53,069 bases of DNA from a virus (IMGVR_UViG_3300024051_000004:1-53069), one strand, 5' to 3'; positions 18,005 to 27,726 are shown, counted from the stretch's first letter. Made by a program: numbers and translations. The notes: a model not told the origin generated them from the letters alone.

Positions 18005-18145
18005 GTGGATGGGGAACCGGTGCACCTGTGGCGGGTCGAGACCGTGGAGTTCGGGGGCGACGGTGCGTCGACGACGTACAGGTGCGACCTGTGCGATGTG
18101 GTGTTGGTGGTCCCACCGGGGGGGACGCACCCGGACGTGTGCTAG
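18005..18145 (+). CDS. Small counter-oriented Zn-ribbon-like protein
   Basis: 46 aa VDGEPVHLW...YRCDLCD...HPDVC; fills the gap and shares a CTAG stop overlap with the convergent gene. Confidence 0.45.
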   Translation: MDGEPVHLWRVETVEFGGDGASTTYRCDLCDVVLVVPPGGTHPDVC

Positions 18146-19224
18146 ACGCCCACCGGGTGGGTCGTCGGGACGAACTGCCACAGGTCTGCGACGGGGCGGG
18201 GGGTCCACGACGGACGCCACCCGGGGGTCAGACGGCGGGCCGTGAGGGCCTCCCACGGGACACCTGCTTGCAGGGCCGTCAACCGGGCGGGCCCCATGAT
18301 CTTCACCTGGTCGGCCTGCGGCAACGCCCAGAACCGTTCCTGCGCGTCCGGGAGCACCGACACGGGTTCCGGCATGTCGAACCCCAGCTCAGACCAGGGA
18401 CGGGCGACGGGAACGGCCGTGCACCGGCCCTGCTGATGGTCGGCAGGGCCGACGTCGGAGATGTCGTGGACCTGACCGTGCTTCGCCCAGCACGACGGGC
18501 AGCAGCGGGTGTCCAACGCGCACGTCCACACCCACCCCGAGTACATGTCGGGGTTCATCTGCCGGGCTGTCCACGCGGCGACCCGGTGCGCGTCGATCAT
18601 CTCGGTGCGGGCGATCACGAGGGCCCGGGTCAGGCCACCGTTGAACGCACCCTCGACACGTCGCACCATGTCTGCGGCGGCCTTGCGCGGGTTGTCCCCG
18701 ACGGCGACCCCACGGATCAGGGTCCGCCGCATCGTGTCCTGTGCGGCCGCGGTCAGGCGGGGCGTCGCAGCGGTGATCGTGTCACCGGTGCGCCGCACGA
18801 TCGCATCCACCTGGTCCGGGTTCAACCGGTTCCACCGGGCACCAACCTGCGCCCGGTATGCGTCGACCGTCGGGAGTTCGGACTGCAGCATCGCAAGCTC
18901 AGCGACCTGGGTGGTGTCCAACACGTTCCCGAGGGCGTCGCGGACGGTCACCCCGAGGTACTCGGACAGGTCGATGATCTTGTCGGTGGCGTGCGCGAGG
19001 GCTTGCTGTGCACGGTCTGCCCGGGCGATCTCCCACGGGGACGGCCACTGCCCGTCGTCGCGGGTGGTTGCGAGGTCCATGAGGGCCGTCGACCATTCGT
19101 CGTGGAGTTCGTCCCACGCCCGCACCCACGCCTGCACCTGCTTGCGGACGGTCGCGTTCACGTCCTTCGCGATGTCGACACGCATCTTGCGGGCAAGCCG
19201 CAACGTGTCATCGTTGATCGCCAC
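18142..19224 (-). CDS. Head morphogenesis protein (Mu gpF/SPP1 gp7 family)
   Basis: RALVIARTEM, WVWTCALDTRCCPSCWAKHG, DHQQGRCTAVP. Confidence 0.9.
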   Translation of the reverse strand: MAINDDTLRLARKMRVDIAKDVNATVRKQVQAWVRAWDELHDEWSTALMDLATTRDDGQWPSPWEIARADRAQQALAHATDKIIDLSEYLGVTVRDALGNVLDTTQVAELAMLQSELPTVDAYRAQVGARWNRLNPDQVDAIVRRTGDTITAATPRLTAAAQDTMRRTLIRGVAVGDNPRKAAADMVRRVEGAFNGGLTRALVIARTEMIDAHRVAAWTARQMNPDMYSGWVWTCALDTRCCPSCWAKHGQVHDISDVGPADHQQGRCTAVPVARPWSELGFDMPEPVSVLPDAQERFWALPQADQVKIMGPARLTALQAGVPWEALTARRLTPGWRPSWTPRPVADLWQFVPTTHPVGV

Positions 19225-19227
19225 CGG

Positions 19228-20820
19228 TCAGGTCTCCGGTTCAGGGTCCTCGTCGTCACCGACGAGCCCGACCGGGTCAGCCCCACGCCGGAACGCGTCC
19301 GCTGCGGCCTGACCCGCGGACGTGAGCGGGTCAACCCAATGCCCGTCCTCGTCGAAGAAGTCCTCGAGGATCTCGTCGATGTCCTTCACCCCGAACGCCC
19401 GCAGCAGCAGCTTCACGGTCTCCTCCGGGGGGAACTTCCCGGTGCCGTCCGCTGCGACGAGCGCGTTCACGAGGACACCAATGTCGACGTCGTCGAAGTC
19501 CGGCCAGGTGATCTCCACGGTCGCGTCCGTGTCCTGTGCAAGGACGAGGGTTTCACGACCGGTTGCCTTGTCTCGCGGCAGGGTGCCCTTCAACGGGCCC
19601 TGCGGGGCACGCACCGCTTCACGGATCACGTAGTCGAGGACACGGGTCAGGGTCGCCGCCCACAGGGTGCGACGCCCACCCATCTCCAGCTTGGTGGGCT
19701 GGTCGAGGGTCTCCGCGGTCGCGCGGGCACCGGTCGTTCCCGGGTCCGCGAGGAGCATCGTGACGGGGACACCGAGGGCGGCGGCGATCATCGCGGCGAG
19801 TGGCCGCCCCGACTCGGAGTCGATCGTCGCACCGGACTTCGACACGGCTTCCAGCTTCGTGGACTCGTCGAGGACGACGGTCCCGCCCACGTTGTTCGGG
19901 TTCGCAGCCGGGGGCGTGCCCGCGGGGCGGCGGGTCAGGGCCTGCCGCATCTTCTGGGTGCGGGACCCCTTCCCGGTGGCCCGCCACGCGATCTGCGACA
20001 GGGACTTGATGAGCGTCGCCCAGTCGACCAGGAAGTCGCGGTACAGGCGGGCGAACACGACCGCCGCATACGCGTCACCGATGCCGAACTGCCACCCGTC
20101 GATCCGGTTCACGGACACGTGCACTACGGGCGAGTCCCACAGGATGGGTGCCCCGTCGAGAGTCTTCGGGCGGGCGGCAGGCCGGTACCCGACCGCCGGG
20201 TAGTAGGCGACACGCGACTCGGTGCGGGTACTCATCGTCGACATGTCCACAGCCCGTTGTGACCACTGCCGCCGGTAGAACCACGGGTCGTCCCGGTCGT
20301 CCGGGTTACAGATCACGTCCGTGATCTCGTCGAACGGCAACGACCGGACCTGCACGAACCCTGTGCGAGGGTTCGTGAAGCACGCGAGGAACACGTTCCC
20401 GTCCGTCCCGAGCGCCCGTTCAAGCTCCTCCCGGGCCTGCGCACCCGTGAACGCCGCCAGGTTCCCCGGGTCGTCGAGGAATGCCTGCACGACCGCGTTC
20501 ACGTCCTGCGCACCGTCGTTCCCGTCCGCACGCGCCTGGACCTGCACACCCTGACCCCACACGTACGAGTGCCGCAGGACCAGGCCCCGCTTGATCAGCG
20601 GGTGCGCCACCGACAGAACTCGGGCTACCTTCGCGGCCCGAGCCAACCCGTCTCGGGAGAACTCCGTCTCCCCGGCGCCGACGAGCCGATCCCACCCCTG
20701 GTCCTCGAGCGCAAGCTCCAGGTCCGCGATGCCTTCCTGCAGCAGTTCGATCGACGACTCTGCGGCACGGGCGCGGGCGACGGTCTCGGACAGCACACGG
20801 GCGCGGGTGAACAGACCCAC
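19228..20820 (-). CDS. Portal protein
   Basis: 530 aa directly after terminase; LGTDGNVF, LGVPVTMLLADP.ARATAETL. Confidence 0.85.
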   Translation of the reverse strand: MGLFTRARVLSETVARARAAESSIELLQEGIADLELALEDQGWDRLVGAGETEFSRDGLARAAKVARVLSVAHPLIKRGLVLRHSYVWGQGVQVQARADGNDGAQDVNAVVQAFLDDPGNLAAFTGAQAREELERALGTDGNVFLACFTNPRTGFVQVRSLPFDEITDVICNPDDRDDPWFYRRQWSQRAVDMSTMSTRTESRVAYYPAVGYRPAARPKTLDGAPILWDSPVVHVSVNRIDGWQFGIGDAYAAVVFARLYRDFLVDWATLIKSLSQIAWRATGKGSRTQKMRQALTRRPAGTPPAANPNNVGGTVVLDESTKLEAVSKSGATIDSESGRPLAAMIAAALGVPVTMLLADPGTTGARATAETLDQPTKLEMGGRRTLWAATLTRVLDYVIREAVRAPQGPLKGTLPRDKATGRETLVLAQDTDATVEITWPDFDDVDIGVLVNALVAADGTGKFPPEETVKLLLRAFGVKDIDEILEDFFDEDGHWVDPLTSAGQAAADAFRRGADPVGLVGDDEDPEPET

Positions 20821-20836
20821 CGGGCACCTCCTGTCG

Positions 20837-22366
20837 TCAGTAGCCGCCGGCCCAGTCGTGCGGGTCGTCGTCGATGAGGTCGTCCCCGACGATGAGGTCG
20901 TCGTCAGGCAGGGGGTTCAGCAGGATCCGGTTCAGGGCTTGCGACATGGCGTCGATCGTGTCGTCGTGGGCGCCGTTCGGGAACGACTTCGCTTCCTCGA
21001 TGAGTTCTTCGACGTTCGGCAGGAGGTCCGCGGTCGGCAGGTGCACGTTCCCGGAGTGTGTGAACGGGGACACGGCGGCGGCGCGCGCGAACTTCGACCC
21101 TTCGGGTTCGACGGGGATCAGGCCGGGGATCTGCCGGGCGAGCGCGTTGATGACGGCGGGCCCGTTCGCCTTGTCCTCGACGAACTTCGCGGCAGCTTGC
21201 GGCCACCTTGCGGTCAGGGCCCGGATCGCATCCAACGTGGCGGTGAACGACAGGCGGGCGCGAACCTGGTCGACCAGGTACGCGTCGACCCCGAACCTCG
21301 CCCACACCTGACCGACGACGTAATCGGACGACTTCGTGTCCTTGAACGTCAGGTCCCACGACTGCACGAGCTCGAAGTCATGCCCGGGGAGGGTGCGGGT
21401 CCCGTCCGGGTGCTGCACCCACAGGGGTTGTTCGTACCGGGTCCACGTGTCGGGGAACAGGCCCCCGGACTCGGGTGACGGGTGGCCTTGGTACAGGGCG
21501 TTCCACACGCGGGGCCCGACTTCACGGCGGGTCTGTTCCCACTGTGCGGCGGTGCGTTGCTCCCCGGTGCGTTCGTCGCGGCGGGCGGAGTCCATCCACT
21601 GGCCGGGTTCGCGGCCGAGCGGGTCGACCTCGCCACGGTCGGGGCGGTGGTCCGCTTGGGCGGGGATGTTGATGACCCGCCACCGGTGCCCTTCTTCGGA
21701 GGCGAGTAGCCGCCCAGCAAGGTCGTCGTGATGCCACCGGGTCAGGATCACGATGACGGGGGCGCCGGGGGCGAGGCGGGTGCGGGCGACGGACGTCCAG
21801 AACGACCATGCACGGTCCCGGTACGTCTGCGACTCAGCCTGCTCCATGTTCGAGATCGGGTCGTCGATGAACATGACGTCCGCGGGGCGACCGGTGAGAC
21901 CACCGGCGATACCGACGGATCGGACCCCACCGATCCCGATGTCGCGTCGCAGCTTCCATGACGTGACCGCACCGTTGTCCTCTGCGATGCGCAGACCGAG
22001 GTCGAGGGTGCCGTCCTGCCCGGAGTTCGCTGTGATGTACCCGCGGATGTCGCGGCCGAACTCCATGGCGAGGGACTCGGCGTAGGACGCGACGACGACG
22101 CGACGGTTCGGGTTCCGCAGGAGGAACCACAGGGGCCCGGTCTTCGTGACCCGGGTGGACTTTCCTTCCTGTGGCGGCATGGAGATGATCAGCCGGTCAC
22201 AGTCCCCGTTGTCGACGTCGACGAGGGCTTGGTCGATGACGTCGAGTGCGGCGGTCTGGATCGTGCCGGGTTCGATGGCCTTCGCGAGGACCCCGGGTGT
22301 GGGCCATGGGTCGCGTCTCGGTTCGAACGCTCGGGCGACGTGTTCCAACCAGGGTTCGACGGTCAT
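20837..22366 (-). CDS. terL: Terminase large subunit
   Basis: Walker A MPPQEGKS, Walker B FIDDP, TRWHHDDLAG, nuclease SWD...FPNGAHDDTIDA. Confidence 0.95.
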   Translation of the reverse strand: MTVEPWLEHVARAFEPRRDPWPTPGVLAKAIEPGTIQTAALDVIDQALVDVDNGDCDRLIISMPPQEGKSTRVTKTGPLWFLLRNPNRRVVVASYAESLAMEFGRDIRGYITANSGQDGTLDLGLRIAEDNGAVTSWKLRRDIGIGGVRSVGIAGGLTGRPADVMFIDDPISNMEQAESQTYRDRAWSFWTSVARTRLAPGAPVIVILTRWHHDDLAGRLLASEEGHRWRVINIPAQADHRPDRGEVDPLGREPGQWMDSARRDERTGEQRTAAQWEQTRREVGPRVWNALYQGHPSPESGGLFPDTWTRYEQPLWVQHPDGTRTLPGHDFELVQSWDLTFKDTKSSDYVVGQVWARFGVDAYLVDQVRARLSFTATLDAIRALTARWPQAAAKFVEDKANGPAVINALARQIPGLIPVEPEGSKFARAAAVSPFTHSGNVHLPTADLLPNVEELIEEAKSFPNGAHDDTIDAMSQALNRILLNPLPDDDLIVGDDLIDDDPHDWAGGY

Positions 22367-22388
22367 CCGTCTCACCCCGCTCGTAGGG

Positions 22389-22628
22389 TCAGCCGGTGGG
22401 TCCGGTTCGGGCGGGGAGGGGTGCACCGCACGGGCAGCGTTTCGCCCATCCGGGGATGGGGTTGCGGCATGCGGGGCAGCGGATCCGGTCGCACCGGTGG
22501 CAGGTGTGGATGATGACGGGTGCCGTGGTGTGGGTGGTGAGGAGGGCTTGCCGGTCGCAGTCTTGCCCGCAGAGCCCGCATGGGGTGCGGTCCTCGTAGA
22601 CACGCTCGGGCAGGGGTGGGGTGCGCAT
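22389..22628 (-). CDS. Small multi-CxxC zinc-finger protein
   Basis: 79 aa with CGLC, CHRC, CPAC, CPC. Confidence 0.6.
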   Translation of the reverse strand: MRTPPLPERVYEDRTPCGLCGQDCDRQALLTTHTTAPVIIHTCHRCDRIRCPACRNPIPGWAKRCPCGAPLPARTGPTG

Positions 22629-22728
22629 GGTGCGGTCACCCCGCTTCACGGTGGTCCCGTCGTGTGTGCGGCTCGCAGGCCAGCGGTGGTGGTGTTGGCG
22701 CCTGGTCCAGGCACGCCACGACGGGGGT

Positions 22729-22881
22729 TCAGGGGGTCCGCAGCATGTGGTCCATGACGGTGAGGTCACGGCCGTTGATGTGCACAACCCATGCGGCGAG
22801 CCGCGGATGGTGGTGGAGGATCACACCGGTTCCGCGGTGACCGCGGACACGGACGGTGTCTCCAGGGCGGAGGGTGACCAT
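22729..22881 (-). CDS. 50-aa KOW/SH3-like small protein (below ORF-track cutoff)
   Basis: GGAGGTG RBS; MVTLRPGDTVRVRGHRGTGVILHHHPRLAAWVVHINGRDLTVMDHMLRTP. Confidence 0.6.
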   Translation of the reverse strand: MVTLRPGDTVRVRGHRGTGVILHHHPRLAAWVVHINGRDLTVMDHMLRTP

Positions 22882-22982
22882 GAGGGTGCACCTCCCGGTT
22901 GGGTGGTGTGGGCCTGGGAGCTTGGCTCGACCGGGGCCCGTTTCAGGGCGTGCGTGTAACCGGGAAGCGTGACACTGCGTCT

Positions 22983-23049
22983 AGTGTGCCATGTGGGGGC
23001 GGGGTGCCGCACGTACTCCAACACCGGTGTTGCAGTACGTGTTGCAGTA
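22983..23049 (-). promoter_or_regulatory. Candidate late promoter with upstream tandem repeats
   Basis: TGGCACACT extended -10-like (minus strand 22991-22983); GTGTTGCAGTA at 23027 and 23039. Confidence 0.45.
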
Positions 23050-23060
23050 GACCGGTGGTG

Positions 23061-23423
23061 TCACAGCGGGGCCGTCTGCAGATCCTCGTCGTAGTCGCGG
23101 TGGCCGGCATACGGCAGGGCGAGGGCGCGCAGGGTCGCCTCCGCTGCGCTGTGGGGCCAGATCGGGCCGCTCGATGCGTACGTCGGCACCTTCGTCTGGT
23201 CGAATGCGTCCGCGAGGAGGATGTCGGACTGGCGGAAGACGACCACCCAGTGCGGGCGGCACTGCTCCACGATCCGCCGCTTCGCCTCGCACTCGGCCAG
23301 GACGCGAGACGGTGCGAGCCACCCCGCCGTCTCCCCGACGTTCTCCTCGTACTCCACGTTCTCCCGCGCCGCCGCCTCGTCCTCCGCGATCCGCGCGAGC
23401 AGGAACTCCACCAGGTCGCTCAC
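23061..23423 (-). CDS. DUF6221-like protein
   Basis: LVEFLLARIAEDE...RVLAECEAKRRIV...LRALALPYAGHRDY signature. Confidence 0.8.
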   Translation of the reverse strand: MSDLVEFLLARIAEDEAAARENVEYEENVGETAGWLAPSRVLAECEAKRRIVEQCRPHWVVVFRQSDILLADAFDQTKVPTYASSGPIWPHSAAEATLRALALPYAGHRDYDEDLQTAPL

Positions 23424-23541
23424 CGTGTCCCCTCCGTCCGGTCCTCACAGTCCGCCGCCAACGACGGGACCGCATGCGCCACCCCATGACACCGGCAATG
23501 CCACGGATCCACACCATGCCCCACCCGAGGCGGGTCGCTAC

Positions 23542-24537
23542 TCACGCCCCACGCCCGACACGGTCCGCGATGTCCCCCAACCGGAACAAGTCCCGACCAC
23601 GCGCATCCTGCCCCCGCACCACCAACACCCCCCGATGCACCCACTGCCGCAACGTCGCCGCCTGCACCCCCCGCGGTTTGAACACCCGCCGCGCGTCCTC
23701 CAACGTGACAAGCTCGTCCGGGTGCGTCACCGGCAACGCCTGATGCGCCTCCAGGATCGCCAACATGAACCGGCCCTCCGACTCCCATGTGATCCCGCAC
23801 CGGTCGCACCGGTGGGTGTCCGTCAACCCCCGGTCAGTCCACTGCCGGTGCACGGTCCCCCCGTCGTACGGGCAGGGGACAGCAGCACGGACGGGCCCTT
23901 GGGCGGCACCCGTGAGGGTCCGCAGGCGTGCCCGCAGCACAGCCAGGTCGGTCAGGAAGTCACCCCACGTGGCGGAGTGCTGTGCAGCCCACTGGACGTG
24001 CACCACCAGGTAGGTGGTGGCGGCATCCACACCGGTGACCGTCGCCGCATGCTGATGCTGCTCCTGCCGCCACGCGTCCTCCCAGAACGTGAGGACCGCA
24101 AGGATGGACGGCGGGTCACGGCGTTCCGCATCGAGGAGCGCCGGGTCGATCGTCGTCTCCCGGCGACCAAGCCTGGTCTTGTCCGCGGTCCCCCCCGCAG
24201 CCATCACGAACGCGTCACCCCCGACGATCTGCGTGTCGTCACCACGAGTGCCGCCAGTGCGGTCGTAGCGGATGGCGTGCAGGCCCGCAGCCGCGGCGAT
24301 CACGTCGGGGAGCTGCCGGTACAGGTCCCGCACCCCACGCAGGTCGTTGCGGGCCCGGGACACGCACGGTTCGCAGGTGCGGCCGACGGTCTCGAGCACC
24401 CGCCCGCATGGTTCGGTGCCGCCGCCGCGGCGCACCGGTGACTGGCATGCGGTGGCGGTCGCGGGGCATTCCGGGGTGTCGCACGTGTACGTCACGTAAT
24501 CGTCGGTCACCCACTGGTGACGGTGCAGGGTCGTCAT
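23542..24537 (-). CDS. Zn-binding + C-terminal HTH regulator (putative late activator)
   Basis: Several Cys pairs (CEPC, CDRC); LVTLEDA...VQAATLRQWVHRG...LFRLGDI MerR/Xis-type HTH; position before packaging genes. Confidence 0.7.
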   Translation of the reverse strand: MTTLHRHQWVTDDYVTYTCDTPECPATATACQSPVRRGGGTEPCGRVLETVGRTCEPCVSRARNDLRGVRDLYRQLPDVIAAAAGLHAIRYDRTGGTRGDDTQIVGGDAFVMAAGGTADKTRLGRRETTIDPALLDAERRDPPSILAVLTFWEDAWRQEQHQHAATVTGVDAATTYLVVHVQWAAQHSATWGDFLTDLAVLRARLRTLTGAAQGPVRAAVPCPYDGGTVHRQWTDRGLTDTHRCDRCGITWESEGRFMLAILEAHQALPVTHPDELVTLEDARRVFKPRGVQAATLRQWVHRGVLVVRGQDARGRDLFRLGDIADRVGRGA

Positions 24538-25316
24538 GGGCGGACCTCTCCGTGTGGGCGGTGCGACGTCAGCGACGGGAAGTAGTGGTCCTCCCACCCG
24601 TCCATGTCCTGCCCGTACACCACAGACCGGGCGGGTGCCTTCGACCGCAGCGGATGCACCCGCAACCACCGGTGGTCCATGACCCCGCCGTACGTTGCGG
24701 CGTATGCGGGGTGCACTGGCAGGTCGTGTGCATGCAGGTACGCGAACACCTGCACCGCGGACCATCGGCCGATCGGCCGGCATGTGCGTGCCGTCGTGGT
24801 CCCACGGTGGCCGATGCTCATGGCACGGACTCGTGACTCCTCGCCGCGGACCCCGGAGATGTACGGGCTGGTGATGTTCTCAGCGAGGACGTCCTGCGAC
24901 CGGTACCCGGGCTGGTCGAACTGTGCCGGGTCGTACCCGGGGTCCCCCCGCTTCGGGTTCCGTGCGACCGCGGGTCGTTCCTCGTACACGACACCGGGGT
25001 GTGCGGCGAGGAACGCGTCCCGCACGTCGTACGTCGCGGCCGCCTCGTAGCTGGTCCCGTCGCTGCGGATCGTGGGCACCCACACGATCGGGGTGGACGG
25101 GTTCGCGAGCCATGTCAGGTGGGCGACGACGACGGAGTCCTTCCCCCATGACGTCGAGCACACCGCGTCAGGGTGAGCCGCCACGAACGTGCGGATCTCC
25201 GCGACGGCACGGTCGGCGACCCCGTGCACGGACGCCCCCATGCGCCGGTGATACCGGGCGGCGTCTCCCCATGCGGCCAAGTCCTGGTCGGTCAGGGTCG
25301 GCATGTCGATCAGCAC
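24534..25316 (-). CDS. cysH: CysH-like PAPS reductase family protein (type IV-B associated)
   Basis: PP-loop STSWGKDS, ISGVRGEES..R, CRPIGRWS..QVFAYL..HDLPVHPAY. Confidence 0.85.
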   Translation of the reverse strand: MLIDMPTLTDQDLAAWGDAARYHRRMGASVHGVADRAVAEIRTFVAAHPDAVCSTSWGKDSVVVAHLTWLANPSTPIVWVPTIRSDGTSYEAAATYDVRDAFLAAHPGVVYEERPAVARNPKRGDPGYDPAQFDQPGYRSQDVLAENITSPYISGVRGEESRVRAMSIGHRGTTTARTCRPIGRWSAVQVFAYLHAHDLPVHPAYAATYGGVMDHRWLRVHPLRSKAPARSVVYGQDMDGWEDHYFPSLTSHRPHGEVRP

Positions 25317-26224
25317 CCCTGGGCCTCCTGTGCGGCACGCCGCCGGTCGCCCTTGACGAACGTCAGGACGTACTGGTGTCGGCGGGTCGTGGTGCGGCAC
25401 GCCTCCCACGGAGGTCGGGTCGTCTTCGCACGCAACCCGGCCGGTTCGACGAGGACCTGTTCGTTCACGAGTCGCGCCCCGGCCGTCTCGAACGCCTCGA
25501 TAGCGTGGTGCGGCAGGTGCCGCAGGTGTCCGTGGTGGTCCCGCACGTCAGAGATCACCCATGTGGCGAACCGGTCGGGTCGAAGGCATCGGACCGCCTC
25601 ACGGATGATCGCGGCGTGCACGGTCAGGAACCCGGGCCATGTCATCGCGGACAGGTCCCGCGGGTCGTCGGAGTACCGTTCCCGGTTCCAGTACGGCGGG
25701 CAGGACAGCACGTAGTCGACGCTGCCGTCCGGGATGGTGTCGAGCTCGGTCGCCGCGTCCCCGTTGACCCACCGTGGCGGGCGCGGCAGGTCCCATCGGG
25801 TCGCGACGGCATCGTTCGCGGCGACCTGCGTGGGGGACAGTTCGATACCGGTGTACGCCCGGCCCAGGGCGGCGGCGACGATCCCCCGTACCGGGCCACC
25901 GGCGAGGGGATCGAGAACCGCCCCCGCGGGCGGGCAGAACCAGGTGTAGGCGAGCTCAGCGAGGACAGGGTCGAACCGGGACACGCCGCCACTGGTGCGA
26001 CCGTGCCGACCGGTCGCGATCATCGCACCACGGCCCGCACGCGGGGTGAGGTCATCGACACCCTGCTCGTCCCACCATCCCTTGCGGGCCCGCCACGCCG
26101 GGGTCGACTGGTCCAGGACGGACCACGGCCAGATGCCGTGCACGTCCAACGGCGCGTACACCGACGGGTCGTCGGGGTGCCACACCCCACGCCCGTCACG
26201 GGTGCCGTGGGCGATGGTGGTCAT
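25310..26224 (-). CDS. SAM-dependent amino (m6A/m4C) DNA methyltransferase
   Basis: SRFDPVLAE, motif I VLDPLAGGPVRG, YTGIEL, motif IV SCPPY, ERYSDDPRDLS. Confidence 0.85.
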   Translation of the reverse strand: MTTIAHGTRDGRGVWHPDDPSVYAPLDVHGIWPWSVLDQSTPAWRARKGWWDEQGVDDLTPRAGRGAMIATGRHGRTSGGVSRFDPVLAELAYTWFCPPAGAVLDPLAGGPVRGIVAAALGRAYTGIELSPTQVAANDAVATRWDLPRPPRWVNGDAATELDTIPDGSVDYVLSCPPYWNRERYSDDPRDLSAMTWPGFLTVHAAIIREAVRCLRPDRFATWVISDVRDHHGHLRHLPHHAIEAFETAGARLVNEQVLVEPAGLRAKTTRPPWEACRTTTRRHQYVLTFVKGDRRRAAQEAQGC

Positions 26225-26844
26225 GCGGGGACCGTGACCTTCCGGGACGGGTGCCAGTACGGGGCCCGGAACGCACCCGTGGCCCCGGGGGTCGGCATGG
26301 GGCGGTCACGCCACCCGTCGGGGTTCGGGTCGTCCTGCACCACCCACCGGGTGACGTGCCCGTGCCCGATGTTCGCGTGCTTCCCGACGTGCGTGACGAC
26401 CGACAGGAGCGTCTCCAGTCGGGTCCGGTCCGTCGCGAGGACATGCCACGTCATGGTGTCGACGAGGACCGCGGCGACGGTCGTGTCCCGCGCCTTGTAC
26501 GGGCCGAGACCCGTGTGGTGGCGTCGGTCCTGCGTGAACCGGGCCATCGGGCCCGTCGCGGGCTTGCGACGCAACTCGACCGCCGTCCACGACCGCACGT
26601 GCACGGCCGCCTGGGATGTGCACCACCCCCACGTGCCGTGCGCCTCCCACCGCACCAACGGCAGGTCCATGTCCATGACCAGGTCCCGTGTCATCGACGG
26701 CAGTCCCGACCCGTCGCGTTGCGCCAGGGCCGCGGCCGCCCACGACAGGGGCGCGTCCAGCATGACCGGCACCTCGACGACCCCGACCGCGGGCGTGTCG
26801 AGGTGCGCGGTCACGACCAGCGGTGTGCCCAGTGGTGCGCCCAT
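26221..26844 (-). CDS. csf3: Type IV Cas5-group RAMP (Csf3)
   Basis: LVVTAHL, LDAPL, LPL, GPYK, G-rich loop VGKHANIGHGHV, C-terminal RAPYWHP. Confidence 0.85.
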   Translation of the reverse strand: MGAPLGTPLVVTAHLDTPAVGVVEVPVMLDAPLSWAAAALAQRDGSGLPSMTRDLVMDMDLPLVRWEAHGTWGWCTSQAAVHVRSWTAVELRRKPATGPMARFTQDRRHHTGLGPYKARDTTVAAVLVDTMTWHVLATDRTRLETLLSVVTHVGKHANIGHGHVTRWVVQDDPNPDGWRDRPMPTPGATGAFRAPYWHPSRKVTVPA

Positions 26845-26847
26845 CGG

Positions 26848-27726
26848 TCAGGCCGCGAGGTCAGCCAGGAGCGTCAGGATCGCGTCCCGCTCGTGCGCGA
26901 TGTGCCCCGTCCACTCGACGAGCTGGTCGTTCACGGTCGCCCAGTCCACCCCGGTGACCGTCGCCGCCCCGTACCCGAGGGCGGACTTCGCGCCGAGCCG
27001 CACGATCCCGTCCGGCGCCCACAGGGCGAGCGCGGCACCGAGCGCGACCCGGTGCCCTTCGGTCGCGGCCGGCGTCAGGCTGACCGTGCCGTACAGGACC
27101 GTACCCGCCTTCAGCGCCTGCACGTCGTAGATCATCTGCGTGCCGGTGACCTGCTGGGCTGCGTCGACGAACCGGGCGACGGGGGTCGACGTGATGTCGT
27201 GTCGGGTGCCGAACTCCTCCGTCCGGTACGCGGCGACACCCTGCTGTGCGTGCGGCAGGGCCTGCAGGTCCGCGGGTAGCCGCCACGCGTTCTCCCGGGC
27301 GACGACCTCCAGGTCCGACACCCGCAGGGTTCCGGCGACGATGTCGGACTTCGCGGCGTACCCGAGGAGGCCGAGCGCGGGGAACACGTCGTCGACCCGT
27401 CGGGCGATGTCCAGGTCGACCTGTGCGCCCGTGGCGGTGACGGCGCCACCGGACCACAGCAGGTCGACGACGCCCTTTGCGAGGGACCCGTCGGGGATGT
27501 TCAGCTCGCGGGCGGCGTGCCAGGCGAGCGCGTCCCGCAGGCCGTGCCGCACGGAGTTCGCGGAGACGAACGGGACACGGGTGTGCGTGCCGTCGGGCAG
27601 GGTGATCTCGTGGGTGCGCAGCAGGGCCGTGTTCCCGGACGTGCCGGCCCCGTGGTGCAGGGGTGCGGTGAGGGTGATCGTGAGGGTCGTGGTGTCCACG
27701 GTCGGGGTGATGGTCGTGGTGGTCAT
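26848..27726 (-). CDS. csf2: Type IV Cas7-group backbone (Csf2)
   Basis: TAPLHHG, VPFVSANSVRHGLR, LWSGG, PALGLLG, GTLRV, TRHD, QMIY, LGAKSALGYG. Confidence 0.9.
   Translation of the reverse strand: MTTTTITPTVDTTTLTITLTAPLHHGAGTSGNTALLRTHEITLPDGTHTRVPFVSANSVRHGLRDALAWHAARELNIPDGSLAKGVVDLLWSGGAVTATGAQVDLDIARRVDDVFPALGLLGYAAKSDIVAGTLRVSDLEVVARENAWRLPADLQALPHAQQGVAAYRTEEFGTRHDITSTPVARFVDAAQQVTGTQMIYDVQALKAGTVLYGTVSLTPAATEGHRVALGAALALWAPDGIVRLGAKSALGYGAATVTGVDWATVNDQLVEWTGHIAHERDAILTLLADLAA

Noticed and set aside
24534-25316. cysH as a sulfur-assimilation auxiliary metabolic gene
   Set aside because: No visible C-terminal ECGLH motif, no other cys genes, and it sits in the type IV-B position
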